The translations under genes were made by a program, and so were the position numbers. From Phoronis australis (lineage: Eukaryota > Animalia > Phoronida), in the NCBI GenBank assembly GCA_002633005.1, contig NMRA01000075.1:547950-611949 (forward strand): 64,000 nt of DNA, in the 5' to 3' direction. The notes below the pieces were generated by a model. It saw nothing but the letters and a program-made list of their open reading frames with translations. It had not been told where the DNA came from and did no database searches. Shown piece after piece: positions 1 to 13,300 of the stretch (the stretch's first letter is position 1; each line of letters opens with the position of its first letter).

Positions 1-78
1 ATCGATATGGTCTCATTTCAGACACAATGACCTCTCGTTATTAAATCCACTTATGTCTTGTACTTACAGTTACTCTAC

Positions 79-292
79 AGTTAAACTCTTGTTTAGCACT
101 CGACGCCAATGGTGCATTAGCAGGTGAAATACAGAGAATTTGATGAAACAAAACTGAGTTTAGAGTAATTTTAATAGAAATCTGCAGTGTATTATAAGGA
201 CTCTAAACACTGTTTTGCTGATTTCAACCAATTCTCGTTCTGTCTATTGCTAAACCACCATTGGGGTCGAGTGATAACAACAGATTTCAACT
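79..292. mobile_element. Short foldback/MITE-like element
   Basis: Left arm AGTTAAACTCTTGTTTAGCACTCGACGCCAATGGTGCATTAGCA matches the reverse complement of the right arm (AGTTGAAATCTGTTGTTATCACTCGACCCCAATGGTGGTTTAGCA). Confidence 0.65.
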
Positions 293-3199
293 AAAACCGC
301 ATTTTAAATTTGACAAGGAGTAGGTTCTTGGTGGGACACCTTTCCCTACAGTTCGTTTGACCATAGATTATAGACAACAGATTTGCAACTCTGCCATTTA
401 CTTAGTAATAAGTGCTAACCAAGAGGCGCTGCCACTCTCCTAAATTATTTGGTGCAGTTTCTGGTTAGTGTATTTTGACGGGAAATTCTCACATCTATTT
501 TGATATCCAGCACAACGAAAAAAAATTGTTTCGGCATTGAAACGATGTTCAAAGTCTTCCAATAGTAGAAGTGTTGGCATCGTGAGTACTTTTGGCAATG
601 CTACTGGTAATTAATTACAAAATTCAAACTTTTGGTGCCGACTGATTATGTCATCTGCTTGCCCAATAGCAGCATAGCTATCGGACAGCTTGTGATTTAT
701 GGTTCACATAGGCCTACTGGGAAAACTACGAAAGCATGTTTGTGCACAAATTCCAAGGAGTACCTGTGAATGCAAAAGATACTTATATAATGTTTTGGTT
801 TACAAAAATATTATTTTTTTCGAATTAAAAATGCGCATCTGCAACGATTTGACTAGTTTAAACTTTGCATGTTTATAAATCAACAATCTCAAGTGAGCAA
901 TACTGGGAAGTGTTGAGTGGCCCTTAAAACGACCGTTGGTTGTACTGTACATGAGCCTCAGGTACAGCGTCAAATAGTTCTTAAAGGAACAGTTGAATGA
1001 TTCAAGATAAATCACACAGTATACCATGCTCACTCAAGTACTGAAGGTCCCCTTCATTCAAGTTTTCATCTGGGAACTTTGGATGAAAACAGAGGAGATG
1101 ACGATATCGATGACAGTTGTAACACCTGTTCTCCAACGTTTTCACGAACCCTGCCTCTTACAGTTCTTGTTCCTGGATTCCGAAGTAACCCTGAACCCTG
1201 GGGAAAAAACATACATGCACAACAGAAACGAATCGAATTTCTATAACCATTGCCTTCGTACGATTTCGTGTTGCTGTCGCCAGACTGATGTTCCTCCCTA
1301 ACATCAATGTCGAAAATCGACGTTACAGGTGATATAAACTTGTATCCTTTGTTTCTAACTTTTAACCCATTTTTTAAGAAAGACGTGTACTGGTTTTGTC
1401 TAATGTTGATAGAGCATAACTTTTGGTTTTTACAATGCATTAATTGTGTTGAATGCATTCATATTAAGTAGCTTCATTGAGTTGAACGAAAAATAAATTA
1501 AATGTAACACAATAAAGTTTTGAAAATATATAGAGCAGTAACAGGACTCCCTAAGATTTGAGCTGTTTTGGAAAACTTTACGCCGTTGGTGATCTGTTTG
1601 GTTCATGCATTTACGGCGGGAAAATAATAGACCAAGTATCGTGCACGTGTTCAATGTAGCAACACTTTGTATCTAATACTTGTTTGGCCAATCTGTTGAT
1701 ACAGTAAATTTCCTGATTTATGCCCATCCTGATTTGACAGCAACTTGAGCTTGTTGGGTTCTATCATATATTGGGTTGGCATTGGGACCCACATGGTGCT
1801 TACTCGAATGAGCTTCATTTTACCAACTATTTCAAATTGTGTAGGTGAAGTAAATGAACAAAGTGGGTGATTATCATCACCCGGCCGGAATTTCATCATT
1901 AGTATATTTTGCCGAGTGCTCAATTTTTCTGAGACAAGGGATTGTCAGATTTGTAAGGTAGAAGTGTTTCGCTTGATTTCCAGGTCTATGGCGTTAATTA
2001 TACCGGACCAAAATTAAAAAACGAGACCTTTGTTTAAATCAGGAGCTGCATGATACACATTTTACCATACGTGCGCAGGCATCGTATATGGGCCCTTGCA
2101 CTGACCACTTGGAACCATTTTTATGATTTATTAATATATAGTTAAGCCAAGCTGAGGAGCTTGAAACCTGATTCACGGCAATTTTGGCACTCAGATTTTC
2201 TAAAAAATGCTCGTAAGTTTACAACAAAGTTTGATGGCAATGCACTGAAGTTTTGTAGAAACTGTCATAGGTTACATATGGGTCACAGAGCGTAAATTTG
2301 ATGAATTCTAGCTTACTATTTTAACTGTTTCGGAGACCGAGTTTCAACCACTTTTGGGCTGTAATAAGCGCTCCTCTTCCTGAAGCGGATTTTTCTAACC
2401 GCCCTGGCCGCTTATTAGAGCTAATACAGTGTACGGTAATATTTCAGACGGGCAATACTTGGTATCCTTTATGCGCGGGACACTTTTGTTACATTAGGAG
2501 TGGGATTGGTTCATTATGTACCCTACAGGTGGCATTGGACGTTACAAAACTGGTTGAAGAATTTTGTTCTCGTCATTAATATTTCGTTTGAAATGCTTAA
2601 GTTTGGAAATGTTAGGACTTAAGGCGGAAATTTAAAAACCAATTGTCCGCTTAAAAAAATTAACATTGAAGAATTAAAACAACCTTCACACCCCTCTGGT
2701 GTTCCTGTTCTCTGTTTTTCAAAGAAGTTGGTTGAATTTTCACAGACTGCAATCGAGAGATTTGGTACGGCTTACATTAGACATGAAATGAGTGTGTAAC
2801 CTGCTGTTGAATTGCGAGATAGATTTTGAGTGGTCCAGGTGGTTATTTCTGAAGTATTAATGTAATCTTTATTGATATTACAGGTTTTACCAGCGTTCTA
2901 TTTATTTGTACACGAATGTGAATTTGTTGAAATTGCTTATCCAAATCCTGGCCAAATGTGCGCATTCTGCTAAGACCAACCGTCTGATCAGGGCCAGCGA
3001 AGAGTAATTTGGTTAATTCGCTCACCAGACTATGGCTGAAGTTCCTCGTAAGGACAGGAGTTCATAAGTCACTACCTTTGGAATAAATTTAGAGGACAAT
3101 TTTGGTCAAAAAATTGCCAGATAATTTTCATCAAAACGGAGAAAACAAAAATGGATTTGTGAAGACAGGATTAAGTAGTAGGTCTACCAGAGCCTCTTA

Positions 3200-3390
3200 A
3201 AAACATTCATCTTGAAGGTGCCTTGAACAAATTATAAAGTCTTTTTGCTGAAACAATTACCATTCACGTTGACACAAAAAATTAGCTTTTCTTTCCACAG
3301 CAGATTAGGGTGTCTTCGGATGGTATGGAAGCTAACGCCTTTGCATTTCGCCTGTGTGTCCGAACAACCGGCCACACAGCAGCCGACCAT
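3200..3390 (-). pseudogene. Degenerate THAP zinc-finger domain (probable DNA-transposon relic)
   Basis: Manual translation from ATG 3390 gives MVGCCVAGCSDTQAKCKGVSFHTI...LWKEK, then after a frameshift IICSRHLQDECF. This matches the THAP pattern C-x-x-x-C ... FH ... W ... CSxHF. Absent from the ORF track. Confidence 0.7.
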
Positions 3391-6300
3391 GACGACGTAC
3401 TAGCCGGAAATTACACCAGATAATTCAGCCAGGTGTCGCCAGTGAATAAAGACGTAAGGGCTTGTGCGTAAGTTCACTTATTTCGTCCATTAAAAGTATG
3501 CGGAGTTGGCGGTCCATGTACTATAGTCCACGGTTTCACAGACTTCGTGCGAAATTTTCAAAATTTGCTCCAAACGTTTTAGGGTTGACGAGGGTTTAAT
3601 AGCCTTATTTTAAGACCTGAAAAGGATAGTTGTGGTTGACATCTTTAAACAGAACAAAATCGGGGCGAACATCCCTTTAAAATGATACCAAACACTGTTT
3701 TGGCTTATTAACAGAAATTGAAAGCAACTTCCCATTCAGTTCTCTGAAACAAATTATTTCTCTGTAAGCTTCGACAACCCACACAACTTTGTAACAGAAT
3801 TTGTGAACTCAAAGTCTGCCAATTGCCACGCGTGACCTACTGTACGCCTGAGGCGAGGTACACAACAAAGAAGGCCACCCCCAGAACCATAATATCCAGT
3901 TTGTGGCTCAGAGGTTATGGATTTTAGCTTGAATTCCGCTTTTATCTTTCGCGTGGGATGCCAGTGATGCACCAGCAGGTGGCAGAAGAAGGCTTTGAGT
4001 GAAGTCGCCCAAACAGGGTTTAATATTCTTTTAAAATAGCGGATAAATGACAGAAATAGCGCTAGGTGATGAATTTATACCATCAGTGAGCAAACACTAT
4101 TTGTTTTCACATAGAATTTCCCACCTCGACGAAAGATCATACACTTAAGTGACCACTCAACTCAATGAACTAGTTTTGACTCGCGCTGCCCCTATGCCTC
4201 CTTTCGGTATATAATTATCGTCCCTAAATTATTGCTCAAGTTACTGTCGGAGGTAGAAAACTACGCGTACACCTTCCTTTGGTCAGTATTGAAGTTTTGA
4301 ACTCAAAGATTCAATTTCTGACGCCTTGATGGAATTTCAGTAATTACGCACGTTGTAAAATCGACAATACTTCAGGACTTATGATTCAAACAGGTTGAAT
4401 GTTTAGCCTATACGGCAGAACACTGTGGTTCTCGACGCAGGTCAAAGGCAACTTAGCAGAAACGTGCCGTATTAATTTCTGGTTACAGATGCTTATAGGA
4501 CCATGCGTAAATTTAGCCAAATATCTACAAAACGTTTGAGTATAACTGAATGGGTGGCGCAGCACTGAAAAAACTGGGGCTAAAGCTCCTTAGCCCCCCA
4601 GTGGTTCTCCGGCCATAGACCGTGGGCGGCGCAGCACTGTAAAAAGTGGAGGGCTATAGCCCNCCCCCCCCCCCCCCCAGCCGCCTATGGTGCGCCGCAC
4701 ACGAATACATGATTATCACTAAAGATACATTCCATTTTATCTGAAAGTAGAATTACACTTTGACTTCTTTGGCTATTATTTAGGTCACGTGACCACGTTT
4801 CAAAAAGCTGTTACAGTTTCATCATTTGTTTTTTATGAAAATAATGAAGTCACAATTTGATAGCCACCGTGCGAAAATGAAATGATTTTGAAAACAATTT
4901 CTATCGCCGTTTTGAAAAATAGTGCGTCAGTTATATTTGGTTTCACTGGAAAAGCATAATTGGTTCTGGTCTGTACACCGCCTCATTTTGATACCTGCGC
5001 TCACCTGTGACCAGATGCCAATGACATAACACGTGCCTACCTAGTGTTGGCCTACGAAATTAATGCATGGATATTTGGAAGTGGACTGCTGCGACGTCCA
5101 CGTGCGTGCGTCATCAAACTTTTCGATCCACAGATGTTGAGTCTAGTCGTCAAAGTCACCAGGTGGCGCGACCCTCTCGTCCGCAAGTCGTTTCACCAAG
5201 ATCTCCTGCCAAACAACACGTGCAATCGACGACATTTCGTGAGTCTGCTTAAATTAATTCAACAAACACAAGTCTACTAAATGGAGACTAAAAAGCCTAA
5301 ACTGAAGGGTGAAGCACTGAATTTCGCATTGCTGGTTCCCCGTGACTTGGAAGTTGCCACAGGCAACAGTTGCCTGGGAAACCCCGGCTCACTCAGAAAA
5401 ATCATTATATATCACGGTTATTGGTTAAATTTACGAATGCAAGAAAACAGAGGCTTTTGGTGTCCGGTATTACAAGAAAGTGTCATGCATGTGAACATAA
5501 ATTAGCAACATACATGTGTATCAGTAAGATTCAATAAACGCTGGTGTTTACTTGCGAATTAAATGGCATGTAGTAAATTAACAAATGTATATTTGTATGC
5601 TTTTATTATGAATTTAACCATGAGTTCAATTGGAAACAGAACATGTTATCTTGACTTATCAGTTATATTATGAGGTGAACGGAACCGAAAATAAATCTGT
5701 TTGATGGGCATCAGTGATACAGACAGTTACATGTACAAAAGAATAGTCATGAAGAAGTGGTCGAGCTCAAAATCAAAATGAGACAGAGAGTAGAACAGAT
5801 TTACATGTATTAGTTGGTGGCACAAAGGTAAAAAGCCCGAAAATGCCTAAAAACTTTATAACTTTGTTTGGATTTTGACTTTTTGGCTTGTTTGCAGTTA
5901 GGTAAAATAAACGGTGAACCTATTCTAGAGTAACAGGGAGTTATGAAATGTCCCTCTTTCACCGGCTGGGGTGCGTTCCATAAGTCGACTTGCATGCGAG
6001 TTTGGGGAATCAAGATAAAATACAACCACCTTTTGAGTAGAAGGTTGCCGTGTTGTAAATTGTTTCGCGAGTAAACTCGTGGACCAAGTAGCTTAGATTA
6101 GCAAAATGGCCTCCACTGGAGAATTGGTTGGCTAAGATGGACTGTCACTCGTTTTCTGTAGTTAAAATACTGTATTTCACTTTGTCATTCAAGAGCTCGA
6201 AACAACATGTCCATCTTACCCATTACCTGAACGGGTATTGAATTGTCGAAGAAAATTGCAGGCAAACAGTATTTCTATTCAGTAAGTCGAGGTTTTTCGG

Positions 6301-6950
6301 CGCAAATGCCTCTCGAGTGTTTAGAGCATTACATAACGCCCTCCCGGTGATGAAATATGTACTCTGTTTGGACTGCCAATTGGGGCACCAATTTCCACTA
6401 TCCGTCGCGAATTAGGCGTCACCTTCTATGATTAAAAGGACAAGTCGACCTGTTTTAGTTGTACCATCATGATTAGTGGGTCAAACAGAAAAGATATCAA
6501 TCCGCCATTTTTCTACAACACTTAAGTTGTCGATTACTCCACTACGAATACTTCTTCAAACTGGTCTCGTACATGAAAAATAAATAGTTTATGTAGAACG
6601 TCCAACTAATCGAATGACCCCTGGACTGCAGAATGATTAATTATACAAGATGACATGTTAAATTGTTTCGGTTCTAGAGTCTATTTTGCAGGCTACAGCC
6701 GTTAAGCAAGTTTGGTCACCAACACGATGGACGCCGTAATATTTGCACATGGGCCATTGTTCAAAATTTTGTCCTTTCTAAGGAGTTTTTCTTAACGCTC
6801 TCACATGTCAGTGCCCAATATCAAAGATCTCACTTAAGCGATCACGATTAATTCTGTCTTCACCACTGTCGAACATTCATCGTCTATCTACTCTTTCCTG
6901 CTTACATCTCCGATTGAATATCTCAGCAACGAACCAGCAGCAGTTGCGTA

Positions 6951-7418
6951 TTATTTTCCATAACGGAGTAGTTTAGTAGGCCTACCCTTTGAGGAGATGA
7001 AATCTTCACCCCCTCTACTGCCGAATTTCGTTTCTATCGGAAGAGGCCCACCCCCTATTATATGCCAAAGCGACTTCTTCTCCAGCACTTTGTGTCCCAT
7101 TCTGTCACTTCCGGCACCCGCGGAATATGGCTGTGTGCGGTCAATCTTCACCCTTTCCAAAGCCGGCGGTACCCGATCTAGCACTTCCTTGAGATATTCT
7201 GCGTTGTCCGATTCCGAAATTGCATTGTCATTGTTGGTGTCTGAAATTTTATCAAATAGAGTCCACAAGTTTGATTCCAAACGATCTGAGATCAGCCGTC
7301 GCATGACATCCCTGTTACTTTTTTGTGAAGCAGGTGGAGAATTTTCGGCAGGATGTAGGCACTGTGTGAGTGGCATAGAAATTATGGCAATCGCCAGAGG
7401 AATGAGTACGGACGTCAT
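6951..7418 (-). CDS. NKY: NKY-type (neuropeptide KY) RYamide neuropeptide precursor, 155 aa
   Basis: The first true ATG (7418) begins a hydrophobic signal-peptide-like segment MTSVLIPLAIAIISMPLTQC. An acidic spacer and a dibasic KK follow, then SLWHIIGGGPLPIETKFGSRGGEDFISSKGRPTKLLRY-G-K-stop (amidation signal). The W..GGPLP(V/I)ET..FGSR...RYamide pattern is that of annelid/lophotrochozoan NKY as I recall it. Confidence 0.88.
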   Translation of the reverse strand: MTSVLIPLAIAIISMPLTQCLHPAENSPPASQKSNRDVMRRLISDRLESNLWTLFDKISDTNNDNAISESDNAEYLKEVLDRVPPALERVKIDRTQPYSAGAGSDRMGHKVLEKKSLWHIIGGGPLPIETKFGSRGGEDFISSKGRPTKLLRYGK

Positions 7419-7447
7419 TTCTTCCCAAAGTTGGAGTATTGCCCTTT

Positions 7448-7476
7448 CTGAAATGGAGGAGGAAGTTGCATTAGAA
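7448..7476 (-). other. Splice acceptor for the NKY coding exon
   Basis: The minus strand reads ttCTAATgcaacttcctcctccatttCAG|aaaggg: branch-point-like CTAAT, pyrimidine tract and CAG, 30 nt before the ATG. Confidence 0.65.
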
Positions 7477-7539
7477 CTTGACACAAGACGATTACAGCCC
7501 CATGCAGCGCCATCTTGTTTTTGGATTAAGCTATTGAAT

Positions 7540-7710
7540 AGTTTTTATATGGCAAGTAGATGTTCCAAATTAAGCATGACAAAGCCGTGGCGAAAATGAA
7601 ATTCGTTGATTGCGTCAACAGAATTGATCTATTCTACTTTGAATGTTTGGCTTGTCCTAATCAATGATGCGAGATTGGTTATTCATAATCTAAGCCAATG
7701 ACGTCATACT
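7540..7710 (-). promoter_or_regulatory. Proximal regulatory cluster (TATA-like, CCAAT, CRE)
   Basis: TATAAAAA at 7549-7542 (minus), ATTGG near 7674, and CCAAT overlapping a perfect CRE TGACGTCA at 7699-7706. Confidence 0.4.
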
Positions 7711-9016
7711 TCTATAGCTGTTTCAGCGAGTAAGTTCTAAAATTTAAATCCACACAGTGATGCAATATGAATTTCTACCTCCACGAAAGAGGAGAGTTAT
7801 GACTATTACACGTCACTACAATTCAAGTATCTAGTTTCCAAACTTCGGGACACGGAGCAATCGGCTCTACGCCTGCACAGGTACCATCAATTCATGTTTG
7901 CTCTGCTGTAAAAGCGATTATAAAACAATTTAATTATTGTGCTCACGATGGCGCCATGGTCAAAGGGAAAGCACAGCTTAAGATAGTGTTTATCACGTGT
8001 TTCAAGCTCCAGTGTACAGTACAGTCACCCTCAGGGGCGAAATGTCTGCGGGTGTCGAGGTGCAGGGGAGTAAACCCCTTAATAATTTTCGATTTAGTTG
8101 GGCTAAGGAAGAACGTTGGTCAACATGCCCATTTAAGTGATTTTTTCCAAATTAATGAGTTTTGAAGAAATTGGTTTCATGTGGGCTCGCTGAGTCCACT
8201 TACCCTACTCTTTAGCCGCGGATTTACTTACTGTTACTGGGATTTGTTGTCATTTTTCCTAACAAAGAAACTTCACGAAAGTGGATTGTGTGTGAGACAG
8301 TGAGAATGAATGCTATTTTAACCCAGCAATTTACAAGCACAAGCTGACGAGACCTCAAAGCAGCCGCAATGAATTTTCACCGGAAAAGATTCCATCTGCC
8401 AATGTCGTGTCGCTACATTTGTCGTGTTTTTATTACTCGATAAACTTAGTGGACGACATTAAAAAACGCGACGTTCAACTGATTACGGGTCGGCTTTGTA
8501 AGACGGCAGATATTTGGATCGCATCCATTCGGATGGCATGTCCTCCAAAACCTGCAGAAGGCCAAGTGAGTATCCCAAACTCGCTATGATGTCGCTTGTA
8601 AATACATAGTTGCCCATTGGTGGGACAGTGTTGTCTATTCGAGCGTAATTCAAGGGCAAAAGGCCGACGTGGAAACTACCGCTGGCTTTAAATTACACAG
8701 ATAAGCTTCACGTAAAATTACAATTGCAACCACCAAATTGCGACGATTTTGTATCAAGTGTTCAAAGTGATGTTATTGAAATGTAAAAATAACTTGCAAC
8801 CCGTCTCCTGTTGAAATGCCTGCTACATAATTAGATAACAAGTTGTGTTGTGATGGCGGCTGTTCACACTTCACCAGTCACTCTATTAATAGTAATAAAA
8901 CTATTCTGGTATTCTACATGTATACAATCTCGTCATTCCACGTTCGTCTTGCGTTTTACGGCTCGTCGTTTTACGCCTGTCAATCACGAGCGAAATTTGC
9001 GAGCTTACACAACAAC

Positions 9017-9197
9017 AGCCGATTTCGTAAAGGTGGTTTAAAGTTAAATCTGGTTTAAACTGGACTTGGACCAAGTTTAAAGATAATCTTTAGACTTGGT
9101 CAGACCCAGGTTTAACTTTTTTCCATATAAACACACTAAGATATACTACGGTGAGGTACATGCAAATGAAACACAGGCACACGGACGCACACATACA

Positions 9198-9228
<31 letters not shown>

Positions 9229-10307
9229 GCGTGCGCGCGCACATATCTGAATAATACAACTTCACGGTTGATCTAATCTAAATAACTACTGAGGGTTTCC
9301 CAAAAGGCAGTTTTACGGGGATGTATATTTCTTACTTTACAATAATTATACAAGGAACATTGAAATTGTGAATACATAGGAATAATCTGTTAAATATGAC
9401 AGACTTGCATGATACAGGTGCAACTGATTGATGACGCGGTGTGCATTTACGAGGGCAGTTTTCTAACGAGTCTGGACTATTTTCAATATTCAATTTTACG
9501 ACGACACAAGATCAAACGTAGCAAGCGCGGCTCCACGAGTNTGGGGTGAGGGGGTCGGTCAAGGACTTTTTGAAAGCGGGGACTAAGTCAATAATTTGAA
9601 AATTATAGATTTGATATCACTAAAATCAAGGGAAAAGGGGTATCCGGACACTTTGACCCTCTTGGATCCGCCCACAGGGTGTATGTGTAGACTAGTACGT
9701 GCTGGATGGTGTACTGTGGATTCATTTGATTACGAATTGTCGAGCAGGGTGTCATCGTCGTAAGCGCTACGTGTTTGACTGAAGACAGCGTCTTCTGATT
9801 CCTCTTAGTTCCACCTCCATTGGTCTCCGATTTAATGTTGCCGGGAAGGGGTCTTGACCCCCCTTTGGCCACGAAAAATAAACACTAAAATGACACGGAA
9901 ATAAATGTGGACATTAACATGTTGCGGGTAATGGTAAGCATGTATGCCTAATTTAATGTTTGTACGTGTGTTGGGCAAAGACATTAGATTTTCCCCGTGA
10001 GAAAAGCTTTTAGACCTTTTTCGCAACTGTCTGCAGTGATTCTACTAGTGTGTGCCATTGTATACCCACGAGATCATGGTTTCATTGAACCACTTCAATA
10101 ACGTTCTTTGTTGGGTTAATCCAGATCGACAGAGCAGGGTGGCTTAGATACTTTAAACCTGTCTTTACAAAACCGCCTCCCTGGTCTACGAAAACCAGGC
10201 TTTCAGACTGGTGAAATGCAAGTTAGGTCTAAAACTGGACCAGGTTTAGGAAGACCAGGTTTAAGTTTTCAACCTGGTTTTGTTTAACCACCTTTATGAA
10301 ATCGGAT
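9017..10307. mobile_element. TIR-bounded non-autonomous DNA element with internal insertions
   Basis: CCGATTTCGTAAAGGTGGTT at the left versus AACCACCTTTATGAAATCGG at the right. Subterminal CTGGTTT/AAACCAG repeats occur at both ends. Confidence 0.65.
9196..9243. repeat. (CA)n-(CG)n compound microsatellite
   Basis: About 48 bp of uninterrupted purine-pyrimidine alternation. Confidence 0.95.
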
Positions 10308-13300
10308 GCAAGTGTACACCTCTTTAGAGCCATCGTCATTTTCAGCCTCATCTCTCTTTGGATATAACTATTACACTCGTAATTTACGAGTTGACACTTT
10401 CCACCCAGCAGCCCACGATACCTCTCGGCCTCGTGCGGTGTTTGCGCCAAGTGACAATTTCGATATTGTGGTGGAAAATCAATGACTTGCGTTTTTTCTT
10501 TGTTTTGGTGAATGTCGACGTCAGTTTCTAGTCGGTGTCACTTGGTGTTTTATGGGAATTCACCGCTGATTCGAACAGGCAATATATCTATGCTAGAAAC
10601 CTCAAAACTCCAGATTTGCCACGCAAATCGTGACAATTCCGTTCACTTCAGTTCGTGCAAAACGTGTGCAGCAGTATATGTACAAATAGCATCACATGCA
10701 ACTTTTCAAATGAGCTCATTTTTCAAGGTTAATACAGTACTTCACGGAAATCTTAAACTCGTCAATAAAGTCATAAAAGCAAGTGGAGAAATTCACGACG
10801 TTTTTCATTCGTTAAATGCTACATTCCGCGCGCCACTCCCATCGAGTTGCATTTATCCACCTCAAAGTACAGCAGACGATTGTGTGAAACTGCGTCACGT
10901 GGCAATGTTTTCTCGGAACTCAAGAACTGCCGTAACGGCCCTCACGTTTCTTGTTCGTTATGCTTATTGATTGCTTTGAAGTTAAGATCTCAAAATGGGG
11001 CGGGCCATTCCCTCGCCCACTACTGAAATCGATCGGTGTCGGCAAATTTACGTAAACATTACGAAATTGTTCTCATTTGCAGAAAGGAAATGGTAGAGAC
11101 AGACTTTATAAATGCGCCAAACTTTAACACTTAAAACGGAGACGATGATTTAGTGACGGCTGAATCAACATAACAACGCCCGTTGACAAAGCGTCGTTTT
11201 AACAGTTGTTTGCGACATCCGATACCAGTAATTGTATGATTCCGTGAAAGGAATTTCTATGGATGAAAGTTACCTTACCTGAGATTATGAATTTTAGAGT
11301 ATATGTAAATATTGCGATGGTCTATCGTCAGTTTTAATTGGGAGGAACTAGTTTACTGCGAGGTAACATCCAGGATACATGTACACTGCAACGTCGTGAG
11401 TTGTAAACAGCATGACTGATAACTTGAATTGAAAGCAGGGCCCAATGTACTGTAACATGCTTTTTGGTGCAAGAAATATTCCGCCGCGACAGTGCCAAGA
11501 AACCAGAACCATCTTCTAAAGAGCGTGTCTCCTTCTTTTAAAGACATGCCTTAATTCGTTTACACAAGTTTTGTTTGGAACACAAGATCATTCTCGTCAT
11601 TCATTAAAATTTATCACAAAATCGGATCATTTTGCAAAGCATAGCTTCGCATGTGCTGTGTGTTATCCTACCGTTTGAACGAGTCTACCAAAGTGAAACT
11701 TCGCGTAACCAATAAAAGGTACTATGTTGTTCGACGGTCACAAAAAGAAATTAAAATTAGTCTTTTTGATTTCAAATTAAAATCTATTTATTTTTAAAAA
11801 GATGATGTCATGTAGGAAGTACATTGTTGTGGAATAAGTGTTCACTAAGCTAGATCGTATCTATATTTGTTGCTAAATTTTACTAAAGATGTGATCATGT
11901 GACCCACTTAAAGTCAGATTGGTAATAAAAATTATAATAATAAAAATCTAGAGCTGTTTTACTTTCAGAAATTTTCACGTGACTAAATGCAAAAGGTTCC
12001 ACATAACCTTGAAACAGGAAGAAAATTGCAAAACAGCGCTTCGCTTTATTATGAAATACGTGCGTAAATATTGCTTGGTTATTCAGAGACGGGATCTTAC
12101 GAGATTGTTCACGAGTTGTTTTCCATACATGTACTTCAGGATCTCGGTTTCCCGTGATCTGCCAGAGAGAGTGATGAAAATAGCACTACATTATGACATA
12201 ATTAATGTACGGTATTAATTGCAATTATCTAAAGATTGAGTTCCTGACATCGAGGGTTAACTAATACTATAAATAGCGATCCTGGGATTGACATCATGAA
12301 AACGGGACTGGTCTTCATTGTGACTAAACGGGTGGGCAGATCCAGTAGAAACTACGTTACAAAAAGATACAGGACAGATTATAACGAAAACTACTAAAAT
12401 TATTCCGTGAACTATGCATTATGCATTCTCAACACTGCGAGAAAGAACACGCTGCCTCACAGTCAAAAGGAGTAAAAAATATACTCTCATTCAGTACCCC
12501 GAAATTTCTGTTCGAAGTGCCACCTTTGAACATTGATGAAACACAATAGAAAAAACTCCAAGGGTTCCATATTTTCAACCGCAAGTCTTCTAAAACAGTT
12601 TGTGCTTCACCTCTAAACAAGATGAAGATTTCCGGTACTTCAAACAGAAACCGTCATTCTGTTTTTACTTATTCTGATGCAAGGACGATTCAAGTTTCCC
12701 GGAGGTTCGACACAGTTTTAATGACTTTCTTTTGTAAGTTGTCATCTTTTGTATTTTGGTCTTCACCTATTGCAAGCCTTCAAAAATTAAGGGTTACCGA
12801 ATTCGTTATTCCATAGCAGCCGCTAAATCAAAGGCGCTTCTGGTAAAATGTGAATTATTCATGGGTTACTGAAAAGACACCTCTTATTAAATTAGTTCTT
12901 GACATCCCTTTAAAGGCGCATCAATTTCCTTGTAAATCCCGATGTTAGTTTTGGGTTTTAGCGACTTTAAATATATTTTCCGTTTTACTGGTTTAACTAC
13001 GTGTGCGTGTACACGAACACATTTAAGTAAATGTATTTTTTTCTCGTGTATGTTGAGCACGTGCTGATCCTATAGCCGAGTCCTGTCTTTCAGATAGGAT
13101 GACTATAATTCAACAAAAATAGAAAAATAAAAACAGTAATTGGCCAATATCATGAGGCTCTCCGAGAGCTTACCCATTCAAATGAAAGGTTGTTCAATTC
13201 AAGGGGGATCTCTTAATTAGGGAGGACTGACTAACATAAAACGGTGCCCATTGATTCCGTCATTACATCTTTTCTCCAAAAGAGGGCCTCTTAACATGAT

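Noticed and set aside
7419-7484. N-terminal extension of the NKY ORF in the ORF track
   Set aside because: Starts at GTG and crosses the splice acceptor; the true start is ATG 7418.
6997-7599. 200-aa plus-strand ORF
   Set aside because: Antisense shadow of the NKY exon; no recognisable motifs.
10512-10970. 152-aa ORF (likewise 60651-61094)
   Set aside because: No recognisable domain or convincing splice context; length is compatible with chance.
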